Positions 1 through 8,363 of a DNA stretch of 64,000 bases are shown here, piece by piece. Each line of letters begins with the position of its first letter. Positions within the stretch are counted from its first letter, which is position 1. The translations under genes and the position numbers were made by a program. The notes beneath the pieces were generated by a model, which was not told the DNA's origin, did not search any database, and saw only the letters and a program-made list of their open reading frames with translations. Origin of the DNA: a virus; IMG/VR virus record IMGVR_UViG_3300031707_000008, positions 1 through 64,000 of that record. The stretch is one strand, 5' to 3'.

Positions 1-165
1 TCTCGCGATTGCTATCGCATCCCCGATAGACACTTCCGCCTTCCACGTGAATTCCATATAACCTGCTACCGTGCCGTCGTTGTAGATATGCATACCGAGT
101 TCGACTTCAAACGTCTTCCCCCCCGGTGTGACCTCTCGGATTTCCACCACTTTCTTCAACTTCAC
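1..165 (-). CDS. Hypothetical protein, runs off the left edge (MKLKKVVEIREVTPGGKTFEVELGMH...)
   Basis: Manually translated; GTG at 165 preceded by GAGGGGGTGAGAGAG; open to position 1; same strand as two upstream ORFs. Confidence 0.6.
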   Translation of the reverse strand, partial: MKLKKVVEIREVTPGGKTFEVELGMHIYNDGTVAGYMEFTWKAEVSIGDAIAIAR

Positions 166-220
166 CTCTCTCACCCCCTCTCTATCTGGATATTGTGTGT
201 TCAGAAACTCTTTCACTTAC

Positions 221-541
221 TCAAGAGATCTTATCGAAGTCCTCTTGAGTAAGATACGCCGTGCCGTCCTTGATTGGCACTGTTACCCATGTAGAAAACA
301 TTCTGCTGTGAACCACATAGGCGCACATTATGCGTTCCTTTGGTGTATCCGGTGGAAGATCGATCGTCACGAGATCCCCTCCGCTGACGTCTACCCAAAG
401 TGAGTCGTCTCCTTCAGGTCCGCAACAATGTACATCACAGAACGACCCCCAATCTTCCCAGAATCTCTCGACCATTAACTTGATGTCCGGATCATCTGGG
501 AGTGCTTTCTTAAAGGTGTAGTATGCTTTTGGTTCGCTCAT
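221..541 (-). CDS. Hypothetical protein (early region)
   Basis: 106-aa ORF with GAGGTGA RBS, in a leftward operon. Confidence 0.75.
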   Translation of the reverse strand: MSEPKAYYTFKKALPDDPDIKLMVERFWEDWGSFCDVHCCGPEGDDSLWVDVSGGDLVTIDLPPDTPKERIMCAYVVHSRMFSTWVTVPIKDGTAYLTQEDFDKIS

Positions 542-576
542 AGTTTCTTCACCTCCTCTCTTCTTCTCTCACCTTT

Positions 577-888
577 TCATAGTGCATTCAAAACCTCAAA
601 TAATTTAGCCGTCCTTTGCTTGTCGAGTGTTATCCTTGTGGTGTTGTCCTTTCTCGGTGGATCCGGTGGTCTGAATTGGTGAATCCGATGGATGTGAACT
701 TGCACGCCTTTTGCCAGATACTCATCAACGATTGCATGCAAGTATCTGCTGGTCTGCTGTATGGTTGGCATTGTTGCCATGTAGTATGAAGCTATCACTC
801 TTGCTACTTCCTCTGCAAACTCTGCGGTCGCAACTTCATACTCTGTCAGCTTCAGTCCTTCTCTCTGCTCTTTCTTCTCCTCTTTCAT
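577..888 (-). CDS. Hypothetical protein (early region)
   Basis: ATG at 888 preceded by GGGAGGTGAGAGAG RBS; directly downstream of a sigma70-type promoter. Confidence 0.75.
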   Translation of the reverse strand: MKEEKKEQREGLKLTEYEVATAEFAEEVARVIASYYMATMPTIQQTSRYLHAIVDEYLAKGVQVHIHRIHQFRPPDPPRKDNTTRITLDKQRTAKLFEVLNAL

Positions 889-956
889 CTCTCTCACCTC
901 CCTTCTTCTCCTCTTTACCTGCAAAAGCCACATTCTACATTTTTCCTATTTTTAAT

Positions 957-985
957 ATTATAATTGGTGACCCTTGAAAAATCTA
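957..985 (-). promoter_or_regulatory. Sigma70-type promoter, leftward (TAGATT-N17-TATAAT)
   Basis: Perfect -10, 17-bp spacer, -35 resembles the TTGATT of the sister promoters. Confidence 0.65.
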
Positions 986-1024
986 GGGATAATTTCTTGT
1001 CTTTCCTGCCCTGCTTATCGTGGT

Positions 1025-1310
1025 TAACTTGTTTATTTTCAACCACTTACAATCCACTTCTCAATCTCCAATAAAAAAACTTTATCTGCTAATTTCTCTG
1101 CTATCACTTAAAGTGTTATTTTTCAACCATTTATCCAGGTTTTGCTGTTCCCTTCATCTAGTGATCTAACTTATTTATTTACAACCATTTATAAGGTACC
1201 TTCTAACTTATTTTATCTCAACCACTTACACCAACTCGCTAACTTATTTTATCTCAACCACTTATAGGTTTTCTTTTTTTCACGCTAACTTATTTTATCT
1301 CAACCATTTA
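1025..1310. repeat. Array 1: six copies of the 25-bp quasi-palindrome TAACTTRTTTATTTTCAACCACTTA
   Basis: Copies start at 1025, 1109, 1167, 1204, 1240, 1286. Confidence 0.9.
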
Positions 1311-1973
1311 ACTCTGGGGTGACTGAAAGGGGATTGAATTTCTCTTGTCCCATTCAAGTCTCTATATATCTGCAATCTCTTTTTCCTCTCCATATTTCCT
1401 ATATAGAGGACTGGCTGGTATATGGTTAGCATGTCAGCTTAGAGAGTACATGAAGCTCAATCAGGTGACATGAGATTGATGCTTACTTTAGAGAGAATTT
1501 CCGCAGAGAATTTCTACAAGTGATTGCGATACATTGTCGGGAAATAGTTTTTGGCGTTGGGTGGTGACGCAATAATGCGAGACTTTTGTGGAATGTTGTC
1601 AGGAGGTTGGGGGGTCTTGATAAAAAGCCCTACCGGGCCCCCCCAACAAGGAACACCATTGCGTGCATGCTGCGGGAGTCGGGGGGCAGAACCGCAAAAG
1701 CTAAAATGATACCGGAAACGTTGTACCTGCAGTGGACTCACTTAAGAATACACACCTTAACAAGTGCCTCAAGCGTCAAACTGTATACTTTCCACCAGGG
1801 TAACCCCAGGGGTAGACCGCCCACTCCCCGCATAAGGTGTCCAAAAACCTGGTAGGCGTAGAGTAATGTGTATCACGTACCATGTTAACCCCCCACTGGG
1901 AAGGCCATCGATAGGCGTGGAGGAACTCCCGGCGACTTCTCAAGAGTACACAAAGCACGATCAGGTGGCCACT

Positions 1974-2054
1974 TTATACGCCTACGTGGGGGGTTACGTT
2001 CAAGTAGAGGTTTTGCGGCGTGCAAGCTGCAAACGTTATACGCCTACGTGGGGG
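1974..2054 (+). repeat. 19-bp direct repeat TTATACGCCTACGTGGGGG (2 copies)
   Basis: Copies at 1974-1992 and 2036-2054. Confidence 0.8.
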
Positions 2055-2848
2055 TCTCCCAATGTTACGCAAAAGCTATAAAGTGTCCCGTGGCGTTGTA
2101 CCAGGGGGGGCCCAGGTAACCTTTCACACTTGTTTCATCTCTCCTTAGCATTTCTCTGGGGGGAAAGACAGGGTTTAGTGACTCTTTAACTCCATAAGTG
2201 ATAGATCCCCCTAGGTTTCCCTATATATAAGGACCGACCGATAGAGCACAACATATACCGGTTAACTTATTATGACTCCTCCCAACAATATTCCCCCCTC
2301 GATTGCCTTATTGTGATGAAGTATGTTTATAAGAGTGTATTGCATATGGTGGGGTGGACACTCTTGAGAATTTTCGTGGTGTCAGAACTGAGTAGAAGCA
2401 ACGTTACATTGAAGCAGAGAAGTTATACAAGTTTGTTGAGTCTTGGAATCCAGTGGAGGGCAAACGAAACGCTTGACATTGTTCGCTGGGGGGAAAGCTA
2501 AAATTTCCTACTCTTGTTTGTGTCCAGGGCAACCCTCAAACTAAAAAACTCACCGTGGCGGCGAAAGGCTATATACCTGGCCGTGGCGTTGTGTCCGGGG
2601 GCCCCCGTTGCGTGGGGCACCAAGGAATTCTGGTTTTTTGTTGTTTTTTGACATGTTACATTACAATAAAAATGTGTCATACCATTTTCGTTGGAAATTT
2701 TTCCATACCAATACGTTGCCGCCAATGCGATCACAGGGTAAAAACGAAATTTACCCGTGGTATAAACGGTTTATTTCATGTGTTTCGCGAACTATTGGAA
2801 TGGCACGTCATTTATGCACAATAGGTTTCCACCTTCTCCCGCCGGTTT

Positions 2849-2993
2849 CGGATATATCCGATTTTATCACTTACCTAAAGTGATACTATACCCGCGGGTT
2901 TCGGATATATCCGAATTATGTACGCAACCTTTCGGATATATCTGAAATATGTACGCAAATCGCCCACTCCCGCCCCGATCGGATATATCCGAT
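2849..2993. repeat. Cluster of CGGATATATCCG palindromes
   Basis: Copies at 2849, 2902, 2933 (1 mismatch), 2980; another at 5694; half-sites at ~3946, ~4000, ~4036. Confidence 0.85.
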
Positions 2994-3015
2994 TTTATCA
3001 TCTAAATTGAAGTTA

Positions 3016-3582
3016 TAAGTGATTGAATTTAAACAAGTTAGCGGTTTTTTATTTTTGGTGTAAAGTGACACTATAAGTGGTTGAAAATAAACAAGTTAGA
3101 CAGGGTACTATTTAAGTGGTTGAAAATAAACAAGTTAACTGGACTAAATTGAGTCACCATTTTACCGGCTAACTTGTTTATTTTCAACATGTTATTGGGT
3201 TTTTGCGTTAACTTGTTTATTTTCAATCATTTATAAGGACTTTTTTTGAAAATCGTTAACTTGTTTATTTTCAACCACTTACAAGAATTTCCCTCATACA
3301 CTTTAACCTGTTTAAAATCAATAACTTAAACCCTGCGGGTATAAGTGTGTGTAAAATAACAAGTTACCGAATCACTTTAAGTGCATGTTATTAAACAAGT
3401 TATATCGTCACATGTAACTGGTTGAAAATAAACAAGTTAAGTCCCCACTTTTTTATGCACTTATAAAAATCGTTAACTTATTTATTTTCAAGCACTTATA
3501 TGGTTATTTAAGAATGATTTTGTGCAAACAATAATTGTTGTGCATAAAGATTTTTGCTAAGTGGTTGAAAATAAACAAGTTA
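3016..3582. repeat. Array 2: twelve copies of the 25-bp TAA-N19-TTA motif
   Basis: Starts at 3016, 3074, 3113, 3170, 3209, 3257, 3304, 3342, 3378, 3415, 3474, 3558; degenerate extras at ~3631 and ~3708. Confidence 0.9.
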
Positions 3583-3598
3583 ACATGGATTTTTTTAC

Positions 3599-3627
3599 TT
3601 GATTTTTGATCGGGAATATACTATAAT
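3599..3627 (+). promoter_or_regulatory. Sigma70-type promoter (TTGATT-N17-TATAAT)
   Basis: Near-consensus -35, perfect -10, T-rich upstream tract. Confidence 0.8.
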
Positions 3628-3762
3628 ATATATGTGATTGAAAATAAACAAGATAGAGAGGAGGTGAGAGTATTGCAGATAAAATCGGATATAGTTTTCA
3701 ATCACTATAAAGTGTTGGAAAATAACAAGTTAGAGGTTTTTAAGGGTTTGGAAGGAGAAAAC

Positions 3763-3933
3763 GTGGATATCCAAAAGATTTTGGGGGATGAAGAATTTTT
3801 AGTGTGGTTGAAGAAAAACTTCTTCTATTTCATGAAAAAGGAGGTTTTAATTGAAAAGTATCTTCGATATCTTAGTAAAGACGAGATATCGATAAATAAA
3901 TTGTATTCTGTCTATAAAGACAGCAATACCTGA
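3763..3933 (+). CDS. Small hypothetical protein, paralog of 4447-4614
   Basis: GTG after AAGGAG; shares WLKKNFFYFMKKE.LIEKY with the minus-strand copy; alternative TTG start at 3673. Confidence 0.75.
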   Translation: MDIQKILGDEEFLVWLKKNFFYFMKKEVLIEKYLRYLSKDEISINKLYSVYKDSNT

Positions 3934-3962
3934 ATTTCATAAATAATATCCGATTTTATCAG

Positions 3963-3995
3963 ATAAAGGCGATATCAGATATCGCCTTTATTTTT
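3963..3995 (+). terminator. Intrinsic terminator (ATAAAGGCGATATC-A-GATATCGCCTTTAT + T tract)
   Basis: Perfect 14-bp inverted repeat just after the stop at 3933. Confidence 0.7.
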
Positions 3996-4391
3996 GGTTA
4001 TATCCGATTCGGAGATGTCCGAAAAAACCGCAGATATCCGAAACCGGCGGGAGTGGGTAGGGGACCACATCAACACACGGAGTGTTGATGCAAAACGATC
4101 TGGTGTTAAAATGACTATAAACGTTGGAGAGATTGTGTTGCGTTTAGTGATTTTATACGTCGGACGTTTTGATGGGAATACGGATCGCTCCTTTCGTAAA
4201 AACAGGATAATCGTTTACACCCTGTCGGGAATTTCGTTTTAAAGTAGGGTTCACCAACATGTCCCGGGATAACGTTCGACGTGAAAAACATCAATGCGAT
4301 TTACGTGTTGACCAACGTTTATAGTCATTTTAACACCAGGTTCTTGACTCACATGCACTCCGTGTGTTGATACAGAATTCCCGCAATAAGA

Positions 4392-4421
4392 AGAGAGCGG
4401 TCCGGCAGTGGATCGCTCTCT
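4392..4421 (-). terminator. Probable terminator of the leftward unit (AGAGAGCGGTCC...GGATCGCTCTCT)
   Basis: Hairpin downstream of the stop at 4447, followed by TCTTATT on the minus strand. Confidence 0.5.
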
Positions 4422-4446
4422 GTGAGGTCGATCGGTTTACGTTGCT

Positions 4447-4614
4447 CTACTGGTTGTCCTTGTAGACAGCGTAGAGCTTCCCGAGACTTTCGAGGTCCTT
4501 CCCGAGGTACTTCATGTACTTTTCGATGAGGATCTCCTTCTTCATGAAATAGAAGAAGTTTTTCTTCAGCCAGGTCGTGAAGTCTTCGTCCTTGAGAATC
4601 GTGTTGATGTCCAT
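4447..4614 (-). CDS. Small hypothetical protein, paralog of 3763-3933
   Basis: ATG after GGAGGTT; MDINTILKDEDFTTWLKKNFFYFMKKEILIEKY. Confidence 0.8.
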   Translation of the reverse strand: MDINTILKDEDFTTWLKKNFFYFMKKEILIEKYMKYLGKDLESLGKLYAVYKDNQ

Positions 4615-4765
4615 GTGCTTAACCTCCAAACCAAAACCGTTCTTGTTTGTTACTGGTCGCTTAATCACCTGCCGACCGACCTCCAGGACTACCAGTCCTT
4701 CCTCATGTCTATCACCTCCTTGCTGGGTTGTGGATATCCGTGCGGGCATTGCGTGCTTCCTTTCG

Positions 4766-4987
4766 TTAGGCGTTAGTCGTTACTGGGAACCATTCGCCTT
4801 TCTTGTAGAGATGGCATATCTCGGTTTCGTGGCGTTCGGAATCGAGAACGTATTCGCAAACTACGAAAGCGTCATCGTCGTCGAGAGGGTCTGGATGCAC
4901 GTCAATAAAGATGGCGCTAACGTTGGCACTCTGGATGAGTGTCGCGGCTTTTTCGATAGCGATTTTCTTGAGTTCTTCTCTTGTCAT
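4766..4987 (-). CDS. Hypothetical protein, first gene after the promoter at 5009-5037
   Basis: AAGGAGG RBS, 73 aa. Confidence 0.75.
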   Translation of the reverse strand: MTREELKKIAIEKAATLIQSANVSAIFIDVHPDPLDDDDAFVVCEYVLDSERHETEICHLYKKGEWFPVTTNA

Positions 4988-5008
4988 TCTTTGTCCTCCT
5001 TCATATTA

Positions 5009-5037
5009 ATTATATGATAGTACGGGAAGACAATCAA
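5009..5037 (-). promoter_or_regulatory. Sigma70-type promoter (TTGATT-N17-TATAAT)
   Basis: Mirror of 3599-3627, including the upstream AAGTTAACATGGATTTTTTT. Confidence 0.8.
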
Positions 5038-5053
5038 GAAAAAAAATCCATGT

Positions 5054-5616
5054 TAACTTATTTAGAATCAATCACTTACAAAAAACTTTTTGTTCAGAAT
5101 CATTATAAGTTCAGACTTATTGTGCTTTTTCAAGATAAGTGTTTGGATAATAAACGTTTAACGAATCTTTCCCTGCAGGAAAAAAGTGGCCATCTAACTT
5201 ATTTATTTTCAATCACTTACATGTGGTGAGCTATCTTATTTATTTCTATACACTTACAGCGATACGATAAACGTTTATTTAACACGCAGTTACAACGCCC
5301 TCTATAAGTGTTTGATTTTAAAAGTGTTAACGATACATGTGCAAGACTTGCTAACTTGTTTAGAATCAATCACTTATTCGATTTCAAAATATTCCTTGAT
5401 AAGTGTTTGATAATAAACCAATTAACGTATTCTCGTATAACTGATTGATTCTAAATAAGTTAACGCATAATCGTCTTTTCGAAATTATCCAGGTTAACTT
5501 ATTTATTAACAACAAGTTAGATATCATACATGCTAACTTATTATTATACAAACACTTACAACGTCACATTCCATTACAAATAAAAAATGGCTAACTTGTT
5601 TAAAATCAATTACTTA
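5054..5616. repeat. Array 3: twelve copies of the 25-bp TAA-N19-TTA motif
   Basis: Starts at 5054, 5136, 5195, 5232, 5268, 5305, 5352, 5400, 5438, 5495, 5534, 5592. Confidence 0.9.
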
Positions 5617-5899
5617 TAGTTGCTTAATAGATGAATAAATCAACTTCACCCGAATTCCGCGGGTAAGGTATCACTTTGGGTAAGTGATAAAATCGGATAT
5701 ATCCGAATCGGGCGGGAGTAGGTGTAAATATCGTTTGTCCGAAGGGATCATACACCTTTCTTGTTTATCCTTTCGAATGTTTCCTTTCATATGATAAACG
5801 TTTCATACATCCATCTAATTCCTTTTATACGTCAGGATCGTTCTGCATTAACACACCTTGTGTTGATGAACAATACTTTTTAATAAAGGGTGTGTCACT

Positions 5900-6192
5900 T
5901 CATTCTCGTCCGAATTTATCGTCCGGAATGAAGTTGCGTAATCATTCTCGTCCGAATTTATCGTCCGAGATTGAAGTTGCGTAATCATTCTCGTCCGAAT
6001 TTATCGTCCGAGATTGAAGTTGCGTAATCATTCTCGTCCGAATTTATCGTCCGAGATTGAAGTTGCGTAATCATTCTCGTCCGAATTTATCGTCCGGAAT
6101 GAAGTTGCGTAATCATTCTCGTCCGAATTTATCGTCCGGAATGAAGTTGCGTAATCATTCTCGTCCGAATTTATCGTCCGAGATTGAAGTTG
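5900..6192 (+). repeat. Tandem repeat, 7 units of 42/43 bp (TCATTCTCGTCCGAATTTATCGTCCG[GAAT/AGATT]GAAGTTGCGTAA)
   Basis: Units at 5900, 5942, 5985, 6028, 6071, 6113, 6155; variant order A B B B A A B. Confidence 0.95.
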
Positions 6193-7021
6193 TGTACCTT
6201 CTCAATCACATTGAGAAGGAATGATAGTCCTACATGATAGGACTGTCTGTGATGTTCTTAAATAGTTTATGTTTGGGAGGCTTCTTGGGGATGTGTACTT
6301 CCTTTCTGTTCTTCTCTTCTCCCTCTGCTTCACATACAACTTCTCAAATAACTCTTCTGCTCCTCCTATAGTAACCAAGGGTACCAACCCTGTACGCTTT
6401 GATAACGTTCGTATTCTTCTCTCCTATACATGTTAAGTATCATCACAACAACAACAACTTAACCCAAAGGTGTAGTGATTATAGAAGTCCTTTGTTGGTG
6501 AATGGTTCAAGAAGTATTGCAACGTAACAAGGAGACGAGTAACGTTTGAAACGTTCACTTCTTTCAAAACATGATACCGGTTCATACACTTGCTGGGTGC
6601 ATGGCATGCATGGTTGGGGTGAGTACTTCAACAATTCAAAACAGTTCCGGTACATGGGTTCGTTTTGATTGAGGTACACTTGATGGGTGGAGCATTACTT
6701 AATAATGTTTACATTCATATGAGTCCGATCGTGGGGTGGTGGTGGACTCCAATTAAATGTAACTTGTATTGCACTCAACAATAAATGTACAGGCCTGGGG
6801 TGTTGTCGGATGCAAAGAGAACGTCAACAACAACCCTGCGGGGGGTGAAACATTTCATGAGTATACGTAAAACAGCATGCGGGGTAGGGCCGCCAGTGGG
6901 CGCCCGGGTGAAAAATAATGGTGTATAATTTGGGAAATCGCGCCTGAATCTCGTATATTTCTTTTGAGCGGATAGATTACTTGGTTGTTTACACAACCAA
7001 AAAATTATGAGAGGAGGTTTC

Positions 7022-7213
7022 GTGTCAAACGTAAAATTGGGTTGGGCGGTTAACGTTATTCTCCTTTTCGTGGCACTCTTTACGCAGGCGCATTCTTGCC
7101 CTATCGAGAACACGCCACTGGGAGAATACATCACTGCCTTCGCGGCTTTTGTGAACTTGGGAATTTTCGTTATCTTGTGGATGCGAAAAGGTTCCAGTTT
7201 CTGGAAGACGTAA
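7022..7213 (+). CDS. Small membrane protein
   Basis: GAGGAGG RBS, two hydrophobic segments. Confidence 0.7.
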   Translation: MSNVKLGWAVNVILLFVALFTQAHSCPIENTPLGEYITAFAAFVNLGIFVILWMRKGSSFWKT

Positions 7214-7224
7214 GGTCGTTATAA

Positions 7225-7265
7225 AGTAACGAGTGACGCAGATTTCGTTCGCGTCACTCGTTACT
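7225..7265. terminator. 15-bp perfect stem-loop (AGTAACGAGTGACGC / GCGTCACTCGTTACT)
   Basis: Perfect inverted repeat just after the ORF; no strong U tract. Confidence 0.5.
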
Positions 7266-7350
7266 CAACATCATTGATGATGGATACAAATAAGGTTGTG
7301 ATGAAATTTTACAACCTTATTTGTATCAAGATGGGACTTTGGAAAAGACC

Positions 7351-7650
7351 ATGTCAGACTTGAAAAAGGAATTTCTGGACGAAGTAATGGATAGTAAGGA
7401 AGTTGCCGAGTTCTTGAAGATGCATGTAAAGACGGTGTGTCGTCTCGCGAAAATGGGGTGCATTCCAGCGTGGAAGTTTCGTGGTGTATGGCGTTATAGT
7501 AGGACATGTCTTGTTGCTTTCTTGCAGGGTAAACCCCCCAACGCCATCGTCACATATCTGGACAGCACGGGGACAAAGCACCGTCAACACTTGACAGTTC
7601 CCGGCCCACCCAAAAACGACCCCGCTTTTACTCACACACAGGACCGATGA
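7351..7650 (+). CDS. Excisionase-like (HTH_17/MerR-type) DNA-binding protein
   Basis: VMDSKEVAEFLKMHVKTVCRLAKMGCIPAWKFRGVWRY matches the Xis-like HTH pattern. Confidence 0.85.
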   Translation: MSDLKKEFLDEVMDSKEVAEFLKMHVKTVCRLAKMGCIPAWKFRGVWRYSRTCLVAFLQGKPPNAIVTYLDSTGTKHRQHLTVPGPPKNDPAFTHTQDR

Positions 7651-7652
7651 AC

Positions 7653-7751
7653 ATGACTAATAAGGTTCTCCCCTTCGTCTTCTACATTCTAGGAAGCGTA
7701 TGCTTCCCCGCGGGGTCAATATTATCGATCCTTCTAATGAAGAAAGGGTAA
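7653..7751 (+). CDS. 32-aa hydrophobic peptide (MTNKVLPFVFYILGSVCFPAGSILSILLMKKG)
   Basis: Manually translated; fills the gap between two genes. Confidence 0.4.
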   Translation: MTNKVLPFVFYILGSVCFPAGSILSILLMKKG

Positions 7752-7779
7752 TGAGCATTAACTAAAGTTGGTGCAAACC

Positions 7780-8160
7780 ATGATAGAAATCTTTGTATTC
7801 GGAAGCAATTTACGTGGAATCCATAGCGCAGGTGCAGCACTTACCGCACTCCAACAACATGGAGCAAAGTATGGCATAGGCGAAGGAAGAACGGGAAATT
7901 CATACGCCTTACCAACGATGGATCATTCTCTATATCCTTTGTCACTTACACGAATTGCATTCTACATCAATAGATTCAAGGATTACGCAAGAAATAATCC
8001 TGCGGAAACGTTCATGGTAACACGCATTGGGTGCGGGTACTGCGGGAAGACCAACGAGGAAATAGCACTTTTGTTCCGGAATTCTCCTGATAATTGTGAA
8101 TTCGATATCAAGTGGGAGCCCTTTCTAGAGCTTACCGCAAGATTTTGGGGGACGTACTGA
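7780..8160 (+). CDS. Conserved phage protein, IFVFGSN..G.H..GAA family (macrodomain-like)
   Basis: EIFVFGSNLRGIHSAGAA...GEGRTGNSYALPT...F.VTRIGCG motifs. Confidence 0.75.
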   Translation: MIEIFVFGSNLRGIHSAGAALTALQQHGAKYGIGEGRTGNSYALPTMDHSLYPLSLTRIAFYINRFKDYARNNPAETFMVTRIGCGYCGKTNEEIALLFRNSPDNCEFDIKWEPFLELTARFWGTY

Positions 8161-8363
8161 TGACATACGCGATTATGTATAACGAAAAACACCCTGATTG
8201 TGGGTTGTTTAACTTGGTTCGAAAAGTTGACCTGCAAACTACGTGGTGGATTTGTCCTGAGTGTCATACGTTTTGCTTTCGTGATGGACAAACATGTGAT
8301 TGTTTAGTGTCGATATTTAATCTTGAGATGTTTGACACTAGAGAAACGTTAAGAGTATGTTAA
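8160..8363 (+). CDS. Small Cys-rich hypothetical protein
   Basis: ATG overlaps the upstream stop; CPEC...CDC. Confidence 0.55.
   Translation: MTYAIMYNEKHPDCGLFNLVRKVDLQTTWWICPECHTFCFRDGQTCDCLVSIFNLEMFDTRETLRVC

Larger units (their letters stand above)
2828..5728. repeat. Degenerate inverted duplication centred near 4220
   Basis: ~2828-2905 matches the reverse complement of ~5650-5728; ~4069-4127 matches the reverse complement of ~4312-4371; arrays, promoters and a paralogous gene pair are mirrored. Confidence 0.85.

Noticed and set aside
1514-2883. Short ORFs in the control region
   Set aside because: Mutually overlapping, no RBS, no recognisable motifs
3634-3762. N-terminal extension of the 99-aa ORF
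   Set aside because: Starts only 7 nt after the -10 box, is built largely of repeat motifs and has no counterpart in the paralog; a TTG start at 3673 remains possible
4130-4310. Protelomerase (hairpin telomere) site at the centre of the inverted duplication
   Set aside because: The centre is not a perfect palindrome and no protelomerase is seen in the window
4615-4749. N-terminal extension of the 100-aa minus ORF, and a mini-ORF MRKDW after a strong RBS
   Set aside because: Homology and RBS point to ATG 4614; the 5-codon ORF cannot be supported from sequence alone
1025-5616. 25-bp motif arrays as CRISPR or mini-CRISPR arrays
   Set aside because: Repeats are degenerate and switch orientation, gaps vary from 11 to 59 bp, and no cas gene is present
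5900-6192. Tandem repeat as a CRISPR array
   Set aside because: Units are contiguous with no unique spacers
7351-7650. Evidence of lysogeny from the Xis-like gene
   Set aside because: No integrase, repressor or att site found; this HTH family is common as a stand-alone regulator
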